From Candidatus Marinacidobacterales bacterium (lineage in GTDB: Bacteria > Acidobacteriota > Vicinamibacteria > Marinacidobacterales > SMYC01), in contig OZ250169.1 of NCBI GenBank assembly GCA_965237955.1, positions 3,776,001 to 3,840,000 on the forward strand: a stretch of DNA of 64,000 nt. The letters are read 5' to 3'. Below the pieces are notes generated by a model. It did not search any database. It had not been told where the DNA came from and was given only the letters and a program-made list of their open reading frames with translations. Shown here one piece after another: positions 1-11,204 of this stretch (its first letter is position 1; each line of letters starts with the position of its first letter). A program made the translations under genes and the position numbers.

Positions 1-152
1 ACGGCCGGCGAGAGCGTGTCGGTAACGCTCGTGGTCCCGCCCGTGATCGTGACCGTACCCGATTGCACGCCCTTGAGCTGGGCGGCGGCGCCCGGCCTCG
101 CGAGCCCGACGGCCGCGACGAGGCACACCCATGGAATCGCCTTCCGGAACAT
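1..152 (-). CDS. 5' end of a secreted protein (runs off the window edge)
   Basis: Manual translation from ATG at 152: MFRKAIPWVCLVAAVGLARPGAAA|QLKGVQSGTVTITGGTTSVTDTLSPA; signal-peptide-like N-terminus; sigma54 motif just upstream. Confidence 0.7.
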   Translation of the reverse strand, partial: MFRKAIPWVCLVAAVGLARPGAAAQLKGVQSGTVTITGGTTSVTDTLSPA

Positions 153-165
153 CGCATGAAAGAAA

Positions 166-182
166 TGCAAGTCGCGTACCAA
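166..182 (-). promoter_or_regulatory. sigma54 (-24/-12) promoter
   Basis: Minus strand TTGGTAC-GCGAC-TTGCA matches TGGCAC-N5-TTGC; AT-rich tract and imperfect palindromes (about 250-290) further upstream. Confidence 0.7.
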
Positions 183-290
183 TACAACTATTGCATCTGT
201 TTGATGTAAAAGGAGTTACAGGATCTAACCTCGACCGCGCTTGATGAAGTGGGTGGGAGATCCCCACACCGAAGGGTGCAAAACACCCGT

Positions 291-1667
291 CTAGCGGAGT
301 GTGAGCGCCGGGTCGCCGAGCAGGTGATAAATGCTCAGTAGCTCCGGAAAGGCGCCGGTATCGGCGTAGGCTTCCTGGGCGGCCAACACCGCGTCGCCGA
401 GGCGCTCGTGCTCGCCCTCGAGAAGAGCCTCGAGAAGTGCGGCGTGGTAGCGATGCGCGGGTGCGTCGAGACTCAACCCGCTCGGTGAGAACGCGGCCAC
501 GATACCTCGGTCTCCCTGCTTCAGAAGCTCCTCGCTCAGCGAGTCGAAGTACGGAAAGTGGAAGTAGCCGTTCAAGCAGTTCATCGTCAGGAGCAGGGGC
601 TGTTGTTCCTGAGGGGACAGCGACGCGATGTCGCGATTGGCGAGAATCATTTCCCCGGCCCAGAGGTGGATGCCGCCATGACCGAGGTAGCTCATCAACG
701 AGCTCCCCTCGTCGAACGCGTTCACGATCGCTCGCTTCGTCTCGGCAATCCCGAGAGTCGAGAGGTAGATCGTCTCCGTATTGGTGCCGGACAGAATCGT
801 CTTCGAGAGCTCTTCTGCATGCGCGACGAAATCGCCGGCGTCATCAGGATCGTCCGCAACGAGAACGATGCGCTCACGAAGACTTCGCGCGGCATTCTCG
901 TAGGCGAGGATCTTGTTCACCATCTCGCGAACTTCCTCGACCGAAGAAGCGGGCAGCCGTCCGATGGCGATATCCGGGAGCTGGTCGTCACCGTTCACCG
1001 CCGCATAGGCCAGATCGGATGCCGTCCACAGAAAGCTGGTCCGGATCGATGGCGAGGGAACGTGGTCAATGGTTCCGGTGCCCAGACGATCCTTCGGGTC
1101 GTAGGTCGCGTCACCGACGAGAAGGACGCATTTCAACGAGGGCTCGCGCCAGTGATGATAGGCGTAAGTGACAAACTCTCGGATCGCGTTTGGACCGGGC
1201 TCGCCGAACCCGAACTCCGAGACGATGTCTTCCACCGATACCGCCCGCACCGAGAGTCCCTCGGCGGTGCGATGGGCGACGAGCGGCTGGGCGGCGTCGA
1301 TGAACGCTTCGGGGCCGATGAGGAGATAGTCCGCCTGACGGCGCTTACGGAGCGTCGTCTTCGTGACCGGTTGCACCGTGGGACGGAGCGCGGCTCCCGC
1401 GCCCACCGCGAGGTAGCTTCGGCCGGCCTCGACACGGAAACGCAAGCGCCCATCGACGACCTGCGCTTCCGTCAACCAGATCGGATCCGCGTTGGTGACA
1501 TCGACAACGTGCGTCGCGCCCGCGATCGCCGCCGTTCCCGACTCCCTCCACCGCGCTTCGAGGACGCCGGTATGGGTTCCGGTTTCAGCCGGATAGACGA
1601 GCTCGAATTTGTTCAGCATCACCATCGAGTACGCCGCTTCGGTGTCGCCGACGTTTTCCACCTCGAG
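291..1667 (-). pseudogene. C25 (gingipain-family) cysteine peptidase domain protein, 5'-truncated
   Basis: Motifs VLLVGDATYD, DIAIGRLP, SYLGHGG, TMNCLNGYF, YHLLGDP; reading frame starts mid-domain (LEVENVGDT) with no signal peptide. Confidence 0.75.
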
Positions 1668-1669
1668 CG

Positions 1670-3775
1670 GAGATCGAGCCCCAAGAAGTGATGCGCGTCG
1701 CCGGGAGTCTCGACAACATCTTTCGCACGGTGCAGACGCTCCCGGGCGTGGCCGCCACCGAGGATTTCGGGAGCCGGCTGAGCGTGCGCGGGGGTGAGCC
1801 TGATCAGAACCTCACGATCATGGACGGCGTCGAAGTCTCCAACCCTTACCGCCTGTTCGGACTGACCAGTGCATTCAACCCGGAAACGGTCGAGCACTTC
1901 GAGCTCACCGCGGGTGGTTTCAGCGCCAAGTACGGCGATCGCCTGTCGTCGATTTTGATCGTGGAGAACCGTTCGGGAAACAGCGAGAGGAGTTTCTCGG
2001 GTTCGATGGCGGCAAGCATCACCGACGCCAATCTAATTCTCGAAGGCGGTCTCCCCGGAGACGGCACGAGAGGGTCGTGGCTTCTGACCGCGCGACGCAC
2101 GTACTACGACGTCATCGCTGAGCGTATCGTGGACGAGAACCTTCCCGCGTTCGGCGATCTTCAGGCGAAACTCACGGTGGGCATCGGTGCCAGCGGCACG
2201 TTGTCCATCTTTGGACTCCGCAGTCGCGAAGATATAGATCTCAGCCTCAACGACGAAGACAAACCGGAGGAGTTCGGCAACATCGTCAACGATGCCGGAA
2301 ACGATCTCGTGTCGGTCTCCTTCGATTCCCCGATGGGGCTTCGAGCCAACTCCCGAACCATCTTCTCGTGGTACCGCAACCAGGACTTCCTCGATGTCGA
2401 CGGCCAGGTTCAAAACGAATCGAAGCGCTCGAACGCCCCCGGGGACGAAGCGCTCGGCTTCAGCAGGATCATTTTCGATCGCTTTTTGTCCGTCGAGGAT
2501 CTGGCCGTTCGTCAGGAATTCTCGTTTCTCGCTTCGGACGACCACTTTCTCGAGACAGGGTTCGAGTTCCACCGTCTCGAAACGGCGCTCAGCTTCGAGG
2601 CTCTCGGGGATCGCAACACGAGCGAGGCCAATGGCTCGAGCATTCGCGGCGGCGTCGGGCTTCCCGATTCGCTCGACTCCGTTGTACCTGCGAATCGCGT
2701 AGGCGTTTGGGTTCAAGACCAGTTCGCCCTCAGCCCAGCATGGACTTTGGAGCCAGGACTCCGCTTCGATTGGAGCGAGGCCAATGGGCGGGGCACGGTG
2801 TCTCCGCGGTTCACCGCTCTCTATCGCGTCAACCCGTCCACGCGTTTGAAGGGAGCCTTTGGCCTGTACACGCAGAGCCCCGGTTACGAGAAGCTGATTC
2901 AATCGGACTTCTTCATCGACCTCAGCGACGCGAGTGCACTCGAGCTGGCGCATCAGCGATCGACGCATTTCATCCTGGGATTCGAGCGCGATCTGGGCCC
3001 GGGCGTGACCGCTCGCGTCGAAAGCTTCTACAAAACGTTCAACGACCTCATAATAGGGCGACTCGAAACGAACGAGGAACGGCTCGAGCGCATCTCTCGA
3101 TACGACTTCCCTCCCGAGCTCAGAGACAGCATTCCGACGGCGCCGATCATCACCAGCAATCCTTCGAACGACGCTCGAGGAAACGCATACGGTTTCGACG
3201 TCTATCTTTCCAAGGCGGCAACGTCGCGGGAATCGCGCCTCGCCGGCTGGCTCTCCTACACGTGGAGTCGCGGTACGCGAGATGTCTACGCGCGCGTGTA
3301 CCCGTTCGACTACGACCGGCGTCATTCGCTGAACGTCGTCGGGAGCTACCGGTTGACGCGGAAGTGGACGCTGGCCTTGACCGCGCGGATTGCGTCCGGA
3401 TTCCCGTACACGCCGCCGCTTGGCGTCCGCGTTGCCGCGGTGGAGAATCCTGAAGACCCGGAGCGGCTGATCCCGGAGACAGACGATGAATGGCGGTTGG
3501 TTTACGAAGCGGACCTCGGTGACACCAATAACTTGAACACCGGACGTGTACCCTTCTATGCGCGCTTCGACGTGCGGGCGAGCTGGCGACCCGGTGGCGA
3601 CACAGGAAACTTCGAGCTCTACTTCGAGGTGATCAACGCGTTGAATCGCGACAACGCGATCCGATTGGAGCCACGGCTCGAGTACGACCCGACATCGGAC
3701 GTTCCCAGGATCGACGAAACGCCGACGGAGGGCTTTCCCCTTTTGCCGACGTTCGGAATCCGCTGGCGCTTCTAG
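1670..3775 (+). pseudogene. TonB-dependent receptor, 5'-truncated
   Basis: Plug motifs QTLPGV, LSVRGG.PDQNL..MDGV, GGFSAKYG; C-terminal TFGIRWRF; no signal peptide, begins at the plug. Confidence 0.8.
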
Positions 3776-4293
3776 GGGAGACGGCCCATCGCGCGCGTCG
3801 CCAGATCGACGACCTGCTCTTCTTCGGCAGACGGCGAGCTGACTTCGAGCACTTGATCTCCGCGAAAGGCTCGCACCGTGTGCTCTTCGGCAACGTACAT
3901 CGCCCAGTCGCCGGGGACACCGTCGACGGGGTGGTACTCGTCTCGCGGGGGATCCTCGCCGCCGAACTCTTCGCCGAAATCTGTGACGAACTCGTCGAAG
4001 GAACCGAGCACCGCCCTCTCAAGGGTCAGGACCGCGACCGGGTCACCAGATTCGGCCGATGCCCATGAACACTGCCCGAGGCCTTCGTCGCCCGGCTGTG
4101 GGTCACCGGCGGTCTTTCCGAGCGCCTCTTGGATGTCGGAAGCCGTGAGGAGCGCGCACAGGTCGGCCCGCGCGTCCGCCGGCTCGCTCGACGTGTCCGT
4201 GCCGCTCGAGGAATCGCCGCCGCCACCGCATCCCGCGACCAGCGCTGCAACAGCAAGCGAGTAGAACATTCTCCGTGCGTTCCAGTGCTTCAT
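3772..4293 (-). CDS. putative lipoprotein (DUF3558-like)
   Basis: Lipobox LVAGC, S/G linker, CALLT...C pattern. Confidence 0.7.
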   Translation of the reverse strand: MKHWNARRMFYSLAVAALVAGCGGGGDSSSGTDTSSEPADARADLCALLTASDIQEALGKTAGDPQPGDEGLGQCSWASAESGDPVAVLTLERAVLGSFDEFVTDFGEEFGGEDPPRDEYHPVDGVPGDWAMYVAEEHTVRAFRGDQVLEVSSPSAEEEQVVDLATRAMGRLP

Positions 4294-4346
4294 CGCGGTA
4301 GCTTAGCGCGACCTCTGAATTCTTCGCAATCCGATTCGTCGTTATA

Positions 4347-5083
4347 ATGGCCCGCTGTGACGACAACATCTACTTCATCGTGAACATCGATAGCGACCCG
4401 GATCCGGAGGACACGCCCCGCAACGACGCGGCCGTCCTCGAGAAATACAGCATCATGAAATCGACCGTCGATAAGTGCGTCGACGGGAAAGGGACGATCT
4501 GCGTGCAGACGAGTCCCATGTACCGCGATCGCTTCTTCGAAGATCCGTTCATGGATTTCTGGCGCGCGTGGGACTACCGTTCGCGGCTTACAAAGGTGGG
4601 TACCAGGGTCTCACGATGGAGATCGTGACGAACGTCGGCATTCCCATCGACGTCACCTACGCACCGGGCATTGTTTGGCCCGAGAAGCTCGCGGCGTGGG
4701 GCGACGCTCCGAAGAGCGCGTACTACATGTCGTCGGAAGCTAGCGCTCGTGCTGCCGAGCGGCGCGAGGAGAGCCCTGTTTTCGAGATTCCGTTCGGGTG
4801 GGACGGACAGGACTCCGATACGCGTCGACGCCTGCTCAACCAGCACTATCTCGTGAACGAGCTCTCCAACTGTGAGGCTCCTTGTCGGGTTTGGGACACG
4901 GTCGTGGAGCGCGGTGCGCGCTTGGGTGAATCTCAAATCGTGGGAATTCTTTGCCATACCTACGCGATGCAGAACGCAAAGCTGAGCCGGCGGTGCCGCG
5001 ACATCTTGACGTACATGCGCGCGCACGATGGTAGGCCGGTGACCGCGACCGAAGCCAAAGCAATCTACGACGAGGCCTATTAA
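4347..5083 (+). pseudogene. polysaccharide-deacetylase-like protein, frameshifted/internally deleted
   Basis: Two overlapping ORFs (4347-4628, then a frame switch near 4575 to 5083); D-x-D motif after the first strand and C-terminal CH motif. Confidence 0.5.
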
Positions 5084-6225
5084 AACTCGGTGCTTTCGTG
5101 CGGATACTCGCGGCCGCGCCAGCGGACGACGCCGTCCCTGCGGGTCATGCGCAGCGAACGCAGCACGATGATAAGCGTCACGATGGTGGCGAGCGGTGAG
5201 AAGACGATCGACCAGAGCGGAAAGTCCAGACGTAGGTGAACCAGCGCGCGGCTGACGATTACAAGCGCTAGGCTTGCAAAAACGGCGCCCACCGCTCCGG
5301 TGAAAGCACTCGCTGGCGATAAGAGTGCCAGCACCGGCCACAGGAACGGTGTAAGCCCGATCCACAGACTGACGAGGACGGCAACGACAGGTTTTAGGAT
5401 CGAGCGTCCGAAGCCGGCGTGCGCGTTCTTCGTAAAACCCTCGATGAACTCATCGAGGCCGTGGTACATCCGGAGACGCAGTCGATGCATGCCTAGCCGC
5501 GCACGACTCTCGAAGCCCGCGGCCTTGAGCTCCATCGCGAGTCGCACGTCGTCGACCACCGAGCTCTTGATGTGGTCGTGCCCGCCCATGGATTCGTAGG
5601 CTTCACGTCTTACCAGCCCGAACGCGCCTCCGCCCGCCGCCATGCGCGTGCCGGAGAGGAACGTGAGGAACGACGGGATGTAGACGAAGGCGACGATCGG
5701 GATCACGGGCATGAGGAGCCCCTCCCAAAAGCCCTCGCGCTCGAGATGCGGCAGGAGCGCCAGGTGATCCCAGCCACCTCGCTCGCACGCGGCGACCGCA
5801 TCACGAAGCGCCTGCGGGTGCAGCTCGACGTCGGCATCCATGAAGAGAATCCACTTCCCGCTCGCTTTGGCCGCGCCGGTCGCGAGCGCGTTCGGCTTCC
5901 CGAGCCAACCTGGCACGAGGGGTCGTGAGCTAACCGGAACGAGTCGAGGATCGGACGAGCGATGAGCGATCTCTTCCGCGGTACCGTCGGTGGACTCGTC
6001 GTCAACCACGATGACTTCGAAATCGGGATAGTCCTGGCGAAGAGCCGCATCGATGGTCCGCCCGACAGAGCGCTCTTCGTTGCGCGCCGGGATGACAATC
6101 GAAACGCGCGACGTGGGCTCGTCGGTTGCTTTCGTGAGCGATCGAAATACGAGGAGATTGATGACGGTCTGAACCGTCAGAAGGCACCAGACGACGAGGA
6201 GCAGCGTCGCCAGCACATCGAGCAT
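5080..6225 (-). CDS. glycosyltransferase family 2 (CrtQ/HpnB-like, membrane-anchored)
   Basis: VSIVIPARNEE, VVDDESTDGT, GWLGKPNA, FMDAD, VVDDV, RMY, C-terminal WRGR. Confidence 0.9.
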   Translation of the reverse strand: MLDVLATLLLVVWCLLTVQTVINLLVFRSLTKATDEPTSRVSIVIPARNEERSVGRTIDAALRQDYPDFEVIVVDDESTDGTAEEIAHRSSDPRLVPVSSRPLVPGWLGKPNALATGAAKASGKWILFMDADVELHPQALRDAVAACERGGWDHLALLPHLEREGFWEGLLMPVIPIVAFVYIPSFLTFLSGTRMAAGGGAFGLVRREAYESMGGHDHIKSSVVDDVRLAMELKAAGFESRARLGMHRLRLRMYHGLDEFIEGFTKNAHAGFGRSILKPVVAVLVSLWIGLTPFLWPVLALLSPASAFTGAVGAVFASLALVIVSRALVHLRLDFPLWSIVFSPLATIVTLIIVLRSLRMTRRDGVVRWRGREYPHESTEF

Positions 6226-6325
6226 CTCTTTCAGTGTACACCCCGCGTCTGGATCTCCGAGACTTCCGGGACGAGGTGCAGCCCCAGATCGACCCTAAAT
6301 ATCTATAAAACAACGACTTTTCGCT

Positions 6326-6354
6326 TGACATACTCCCACAACTACACTATAGTT
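6326..6354 (+). promoter_or_regulatory. sigma70-type promoter of the HNH gene
   Basis: TTGACA-17 nt-TATAGT; AGGAGG RBS before ATG 6435. Confidence 0.65.
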
Positions 6355-6434
6355 TCACCTCAGGAGAGCGGTCCCCCAACCGAACATCCTAACGCGATTG
6401 CTCTCCTCCCGAATTCACTTCACAGGAGGACTCT

Positions 6435-7682
6435 ATGTTGGTTCTGACTTCAGACGTCGGGCTCGAGCCCGGCCTTCCCGTCGATCAAATCGAATCCAGG
6501 CTCATCGATGCGGCCAGGCGGCATCATCTCGAGGAGCGGAACATCGCGTATTGGTTGCTCGAGCTCGACCGGCGGCGGTTGTATCAAGCGCGTGGGTTTT
6601 CGTCGACCGGCGACTATGCGATGGAGCTCGTCGGGATCAAGCCGCGCAAGGCGCAGTACCTGGTTTTCATCGCCAGCCGTCTCGAGAAACTACCGACCAT
6701 ACGGGAAGCTTTCGATAGCGGGACATTGACCTGGACCAAGGCGAGGGAGATCGTTTCCGTCGCGACTCCGGAAACGGAAGCGGAGTGGCTCGGAAAGGCC
6801 AAGGTTCTTACGAACCGGGACCTCGAAAAAGAAGTGCGCCGCCATGATGGAAGAGGCTCGGGCGCTTTCGCCACGGTCACGATCTCGATGCCGGTCGAAG
6901 TGTTGGAAATGTGGAACGACACCTACGAGCTCGCCGAGAGTTTGAGCGGGACCGCGCTCGAGAAGTGGCAGGTGCTCGAGCCGTCGCTGGCGGAGTTTCT
7001 CGGCACCCATCTTCCCGCTGCGTATGGGAACGGTCCGAGCCCGTCCGAGATGCCTGAGACGGATGACGAGAAGAGACTGCCTGAGTCGGTGCACAACGCT
7101 GTCCTCGATCGCGATCAGTGGCAGTGCTCCTTTCCCGGCTGCACGATGCGAAAGACGCTCGAAGTGCACCACATCGTGTTTCGGAGTCGCGGCGGGAGCG
7201 ACGAGCCGGGAAATCTCATCTGCTTGTGCCGTATGCATCATGCGCTCGTTCACCGGGGCATTTGCTCGATATCGGGCACTGTTGGCGTGGATCTGACGTT
7301 CGAGCGACCGCGGCTAGTCAACGAGACGGAGCCAAAGCCCTCGGAGCCTGTGGTGCTCGGCGATCCCCCCGAGGAAGCGAAGGAGGAAGCGGCGAGTGTG
7401 TACGACGAGATCGTGGGGTTCTTCGATAGCCATCCCTCCTCTTCGAAGCCTCCCAAGAAAGAATTCCGCGATCCGCTCGCGATGTGGGCCGCGGAGCAGG
7501 AAGCTTTCGAGCTGGCGCGACTTAGGAAACTGCGATCAGGACATTCCCATTCTCCTGACCCAGGCCCCGGCGCACACATGTGCGCGGAGCTCGTGAGTAC
7601 CGACTGCAGCGCTGAAGGACCTCGAAGTCCAAGATCCGAGGCCATCGGGAGGCCCGCCTGGGGGGTAATCTGCTATAACTGA
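6435..7682 (+). CDS. HNH endonuclease with DUF222-like N-terminal region
   Basis: RDQWQCSFPGC..LEVHHIVFRSRGGSDEPGNLICLCRMHH; N-terminal helical region typical of DUF222-type HNH proteins. Confidence 0.85.
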   Translation: MLVLTSDVGLEPGLPVDQIESRLIDAARRHHLEERNIAYWLLELDRRRLYQARGFSSTGDYAMELVGIKPRKAQYLVFIASRLEKLPTIREAFDSGTLTWTKAREIVSVATPETEAEWLGKAKVLTNRDLEKEVRRHDGRGSGAFATVTISMPVEVLEMWNDTYELAESLSGTALEKWQVLEPSLAEFLGTHLPAAYGNGPSPSEMPETDDEKRLPESVHNAVLDRDQWQCSFPGCTMRKTLEVHHIVFRSRGGSDEPGNLICLCRMHHALVHRGICSISGTVGVDLTFERPRLVNETEPKPSEPVVLGDPPEEAKEEAASVYDEIVGFFDSHPSSSKPPKKEFRDPLAMWAAEQEAFELARLRKLRSGHSHSPDPGPGAHMCAELVSTDCSAEGPRSPRSEAIGRPAWGVICYN

Positions 7683-7688
7683 CTACCG

Positions 7689-10411
7689 ATGGTGCTCTCA
7701 TCCGGTAGTCGCCTGGGGAACTACGAGATTCTCGAGCCGCTCGGTGCCGGCGGGATGGGAGAAGTCTATCGCGCCCGCGACCGCAAGCTCGATCGAGACG
7801 TCGCGCTCAAGGTTCTGCCCGACGAGTTCGCCTCCGATCGCGATCGGATGGCGCGTTTCGAGCGCGAGGCGAAAGTGTTGGCGTCGCTCAACCATCATCA
7901 CATCGCGTCCATTCACGGGCTCGAAGAAGCCGGCTCGATGCGGGCCCTCGTGATGGAAGTCGTTGAAGGCCCGACGCTGGCGGAGCGGATCGAACATATC
8001 GAACGGGGGTCGATTCCAATCGACGAGGCGGTTACGATCGCCAAGCAGATCGCCGAAGCGCTCGAGTACGCGCACGAACGCTCGATCATTCATCGCGATT
8101 TGAAGCCCGCCAACGTGAAGTTGACCGAAGAGGGCGACGTCAAGCTCCTGGACTTCGGGCTCGCGAAAGCGCTCGAGGGCGACACCGGCAAAGCGCAAGA
8201 CGACTCCCACTCCCCTACTCTAACCCGGGGGGCCGGGGGGGCCCGGGGGGCCCGAGCCACCGAGCCGGCGTTCTCCTGGGGACGGCGGGATACATGTCTC
8301 CAGAGCAAGCCAAAGGAAAACCCGTCGATCGTCGCGCCGATATCTGGGCGTTCGGCGTCGTGTTGTTCGAGATGCTCACCGGCCGGCGTCTGTTCGCGGG
8401 CGAGACCGCATCGGAGACGCTCGCGTTCGTCATGACGAAGGAGCCGAGCTTCGAGGTGTTGCCGTCCGGTACGCCGGCGGCCGTTCGCGAATTGTTGCGT
8501 CGCTGTTTGACGAAGGATCCGCGAATGCGCCTGCAGGCCATCGGTGAAGCGCGCGTCGCGCTGTCAGTGCCGGCTGAGGAAGCCAACGAGGTCACCCCCG
8601 CGCGTCGCGCGAGATTTCTGCCTTGGATCGTCGCCGCTCTTTGTGCAGGCGTCGCCATCGTTGCGCTATTGCCGCGAGCCGAGAAGCTCGAAGCCCCCGT
8701 GCGCTTGAATGTCGAGCTCGGCGCCGGCCTTTCCCTGGATTGGTCGCAAGGCGCGGCGGCGGTTCTCTCGCCCGATGGGTCCACGCTCGCGTTCGTGGCC
8801 GGAGAGGGCGGAGAGCAATCGTCGAAGCTCTTCGTGCGCCGGCTCGATCAACAACAGGCGACACCGCTAGCCGGCACAGAGAGTGCCGAAGGTCCGTTCT
8901 TTTCACCCGATGGAGATTGGATAGGTTTTTTCGTTGGCGACTCCATGAGAAAGATCCAGGTCACCGGGGGCGCCTCGATGACGCTCGCCGATGTCCGGCG
9001 TCCGCGCAGCGCCTGGTGGGGCGACAACGGCTTGATCGCTCTCGCACCGGAGGTTGTCGGCGGTCTCATGAAAGTCTCGGCATCAGGCGGAGAGCTCGAG
9101 CCTCTGACCGAGCTCGACGAAACCGAGCACGAGATCACGCACCGCTGGCCGCAGATCCTTCCAGGGGGCGAGGTCGTCCTGTTCACCGCCGCAGCCACAG
9201 GAGGAGACTATAGCAACGCCAGTATCATCGTCGCTCTGTCGCTCAAGACCGGAGAACGTCAGATCGTTCATCGAGGAGGGTTCCACGCAAGGTATCTTCC
9301 GAGCGGGCACATTGTCTATATGCACGATACGACGCTCTACGCGGCACGCTTCGATCCGGAGCAGCTCGCGATCACGGGTGAGCGGCTCCCGGTCGTCGAA
9401 GGGGTCGTTTCCAGCACCACGGGCGGAGCTCAGTTTGCTGTTTCCGAAACCGGGACGCTCGTGTATTCGCATGGCGCCGCCGCGGGTGGTGTCACGATTC
9501 AGTGGATGCAACGCGATGGAAGTTTCGAGCCTCTGAGAGATACGGCCGCGATCTACCGTGCGCTACAGTTCTCGCCAGACGGCAGTCGACTGGCGCTCTC
9601 CGTCCTCGACCAGCTAACGGATATCTGGGTGTACGAGCTGCAACGAGGGACGATGTCACGGCTGACGTTCCACGAGGCGCGGGACTACAGGCCTATCTGG
9701 ACGTCGGATGGCAAGCGAATCGTGTTCGGTTCCACCCGAAACGAAAAGAGCGGCTCCGGTGATATCTACTGGAAGGCCGCGGACGGCACGGGGGATGCGC
9801 GACCACTACTCGAAAGCGAGCACGGCATCCTCCCAAATGCCTGGCATCCTGGTGGCGACCTTCTCGCGTACACCGTGTTCAATCCAGAGGGCGAGGACAT
9901 CTTCATCGTGCCTGTCCAAGACGACGAGTCCGAGGGTCTCAGGGCCGGCGAGCCCGAACCTTTCTTGACGGGCCCTTTCAACGAGGTAGAGGCGCGATTC
10001 TCCCCCGACGGGCACTTCATCTCCTACGCGTCCAACGAGTCGGGACGGTTCGAAGTCTACGTCAGGCCTTTTCCGGGTTCGGGCGGACGGTGGCAGATCT
10101 CGACCGCCGGCGGATACTCCCCCGAGTGGTCGCCGAACGGACGAGAGCTCTTCTACCGAGGAACCGGCTCGACGCGGCAGATGATGGTCGTTGGCTACTC
10201 GGTCGACGGTGACACCTTCATCCCCGAAACACCGGCACCGTGGTCGGACGGACGCTTTGTCCGGCGAGGCGCCACTCGCACTTTCTCGCTTCATCCCGAC
10301 GGCGATCGTTTCGCCGTCTTCAAAGCGCAAGAAGACATCACCGATAGCGACCACGTCACGTTCGTTTTCAACTTTTTCGACGAGCTCGAGCGCTTGGCGC
10401 CTGCGCGCTAG
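7689..10411 (+). pseudogene. Ser/Thr protein kinase with C-terminal PD40/TolB-like beta-propeller, frameshifted
   Basis: GAGGMGEVY, HRDLKPAN, DFGLAK in ORF 7689-8435; YMSPEQ onward in another frame (8294-10411); shift near 8262, next to a G-rich insert. Confidence 0.85.
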
Positions 10412-11204
10412 TCAGCAAGCAGCTTCTTGGCTTCCTTCGCCGCTTGCCGGTGGGTCGCGAACCACACGTTCCCCTTGGACTGCATGTGCCCAATTAACTC
10501 GCGGAGAACAACGATGCGAGAAACCGGTCTTCTCTTCGTAGGCCGCATCGAACTCGTCAGTGAGAGTCCGCAACCACTCGCGCGGCGACGTGTAGTTCTC
10601 GCCTCGCGGGTCGAGGACCGTCGCGTCGTCGGCCATGAGCGAGCTGCCGTAGAGGAAATCGAGTTGCTCGAGGATTGCAAACGTGTGCGCGTGGAGGTCG
10701 TACGCCGGAGCGCGGTAGCCCACGGGACGAGTGCCGGCCGTGCCAGATTGTTCCGTGAGGACGTTGAGCGAGCGCTCCATCAAGGACAGTTCTTCATCGG
10801 GCTCGCGGAGCCACGACGGGTGTTCGTGGATCCATCCGTGGATGCCAAATCTCGTGGTCTTGGTTGGATTGGATCGTTTCGACGATGGTCAGGTGGAGCA
10901 GCGCGGAGACCGCGGGAATGAAGAAGCTCGCCGGGATTTCGAAATCGGCGAGCAGGTCGATGACGTGGCCCAAGCCGACGCGCGCTCCGTACTCGCCTCG
11001 GGACAACTCGCTCACCGATGGGCGACCACCATCCATGAGCTCCCATGTTTAGGTATCGACGTCGAACGAGAGGAGCACGGCGACCCGGCTTTGGTTGGGC
11101 CACGATTCCGGTACCAGAGTTTTCCTGGCGGATATCTCGGACGCGATCAAGCGCAGCGCCTCGTCTGAGATCCTCCACCCTGGCATTTTCTGGCTCTCCG
11201 TCAT
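10412..11204 (-). pseudogene. polysaccharide deacetylase (PuuE/PgdA-like) remnant
   Basis: WPNQSRVAVLLSFDVD* (stop at 11049-11051), GEYGARVG, frameshift before HGWIHE, GYRAP, SSLMADD, internal deletions. Confidence 0.8.
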
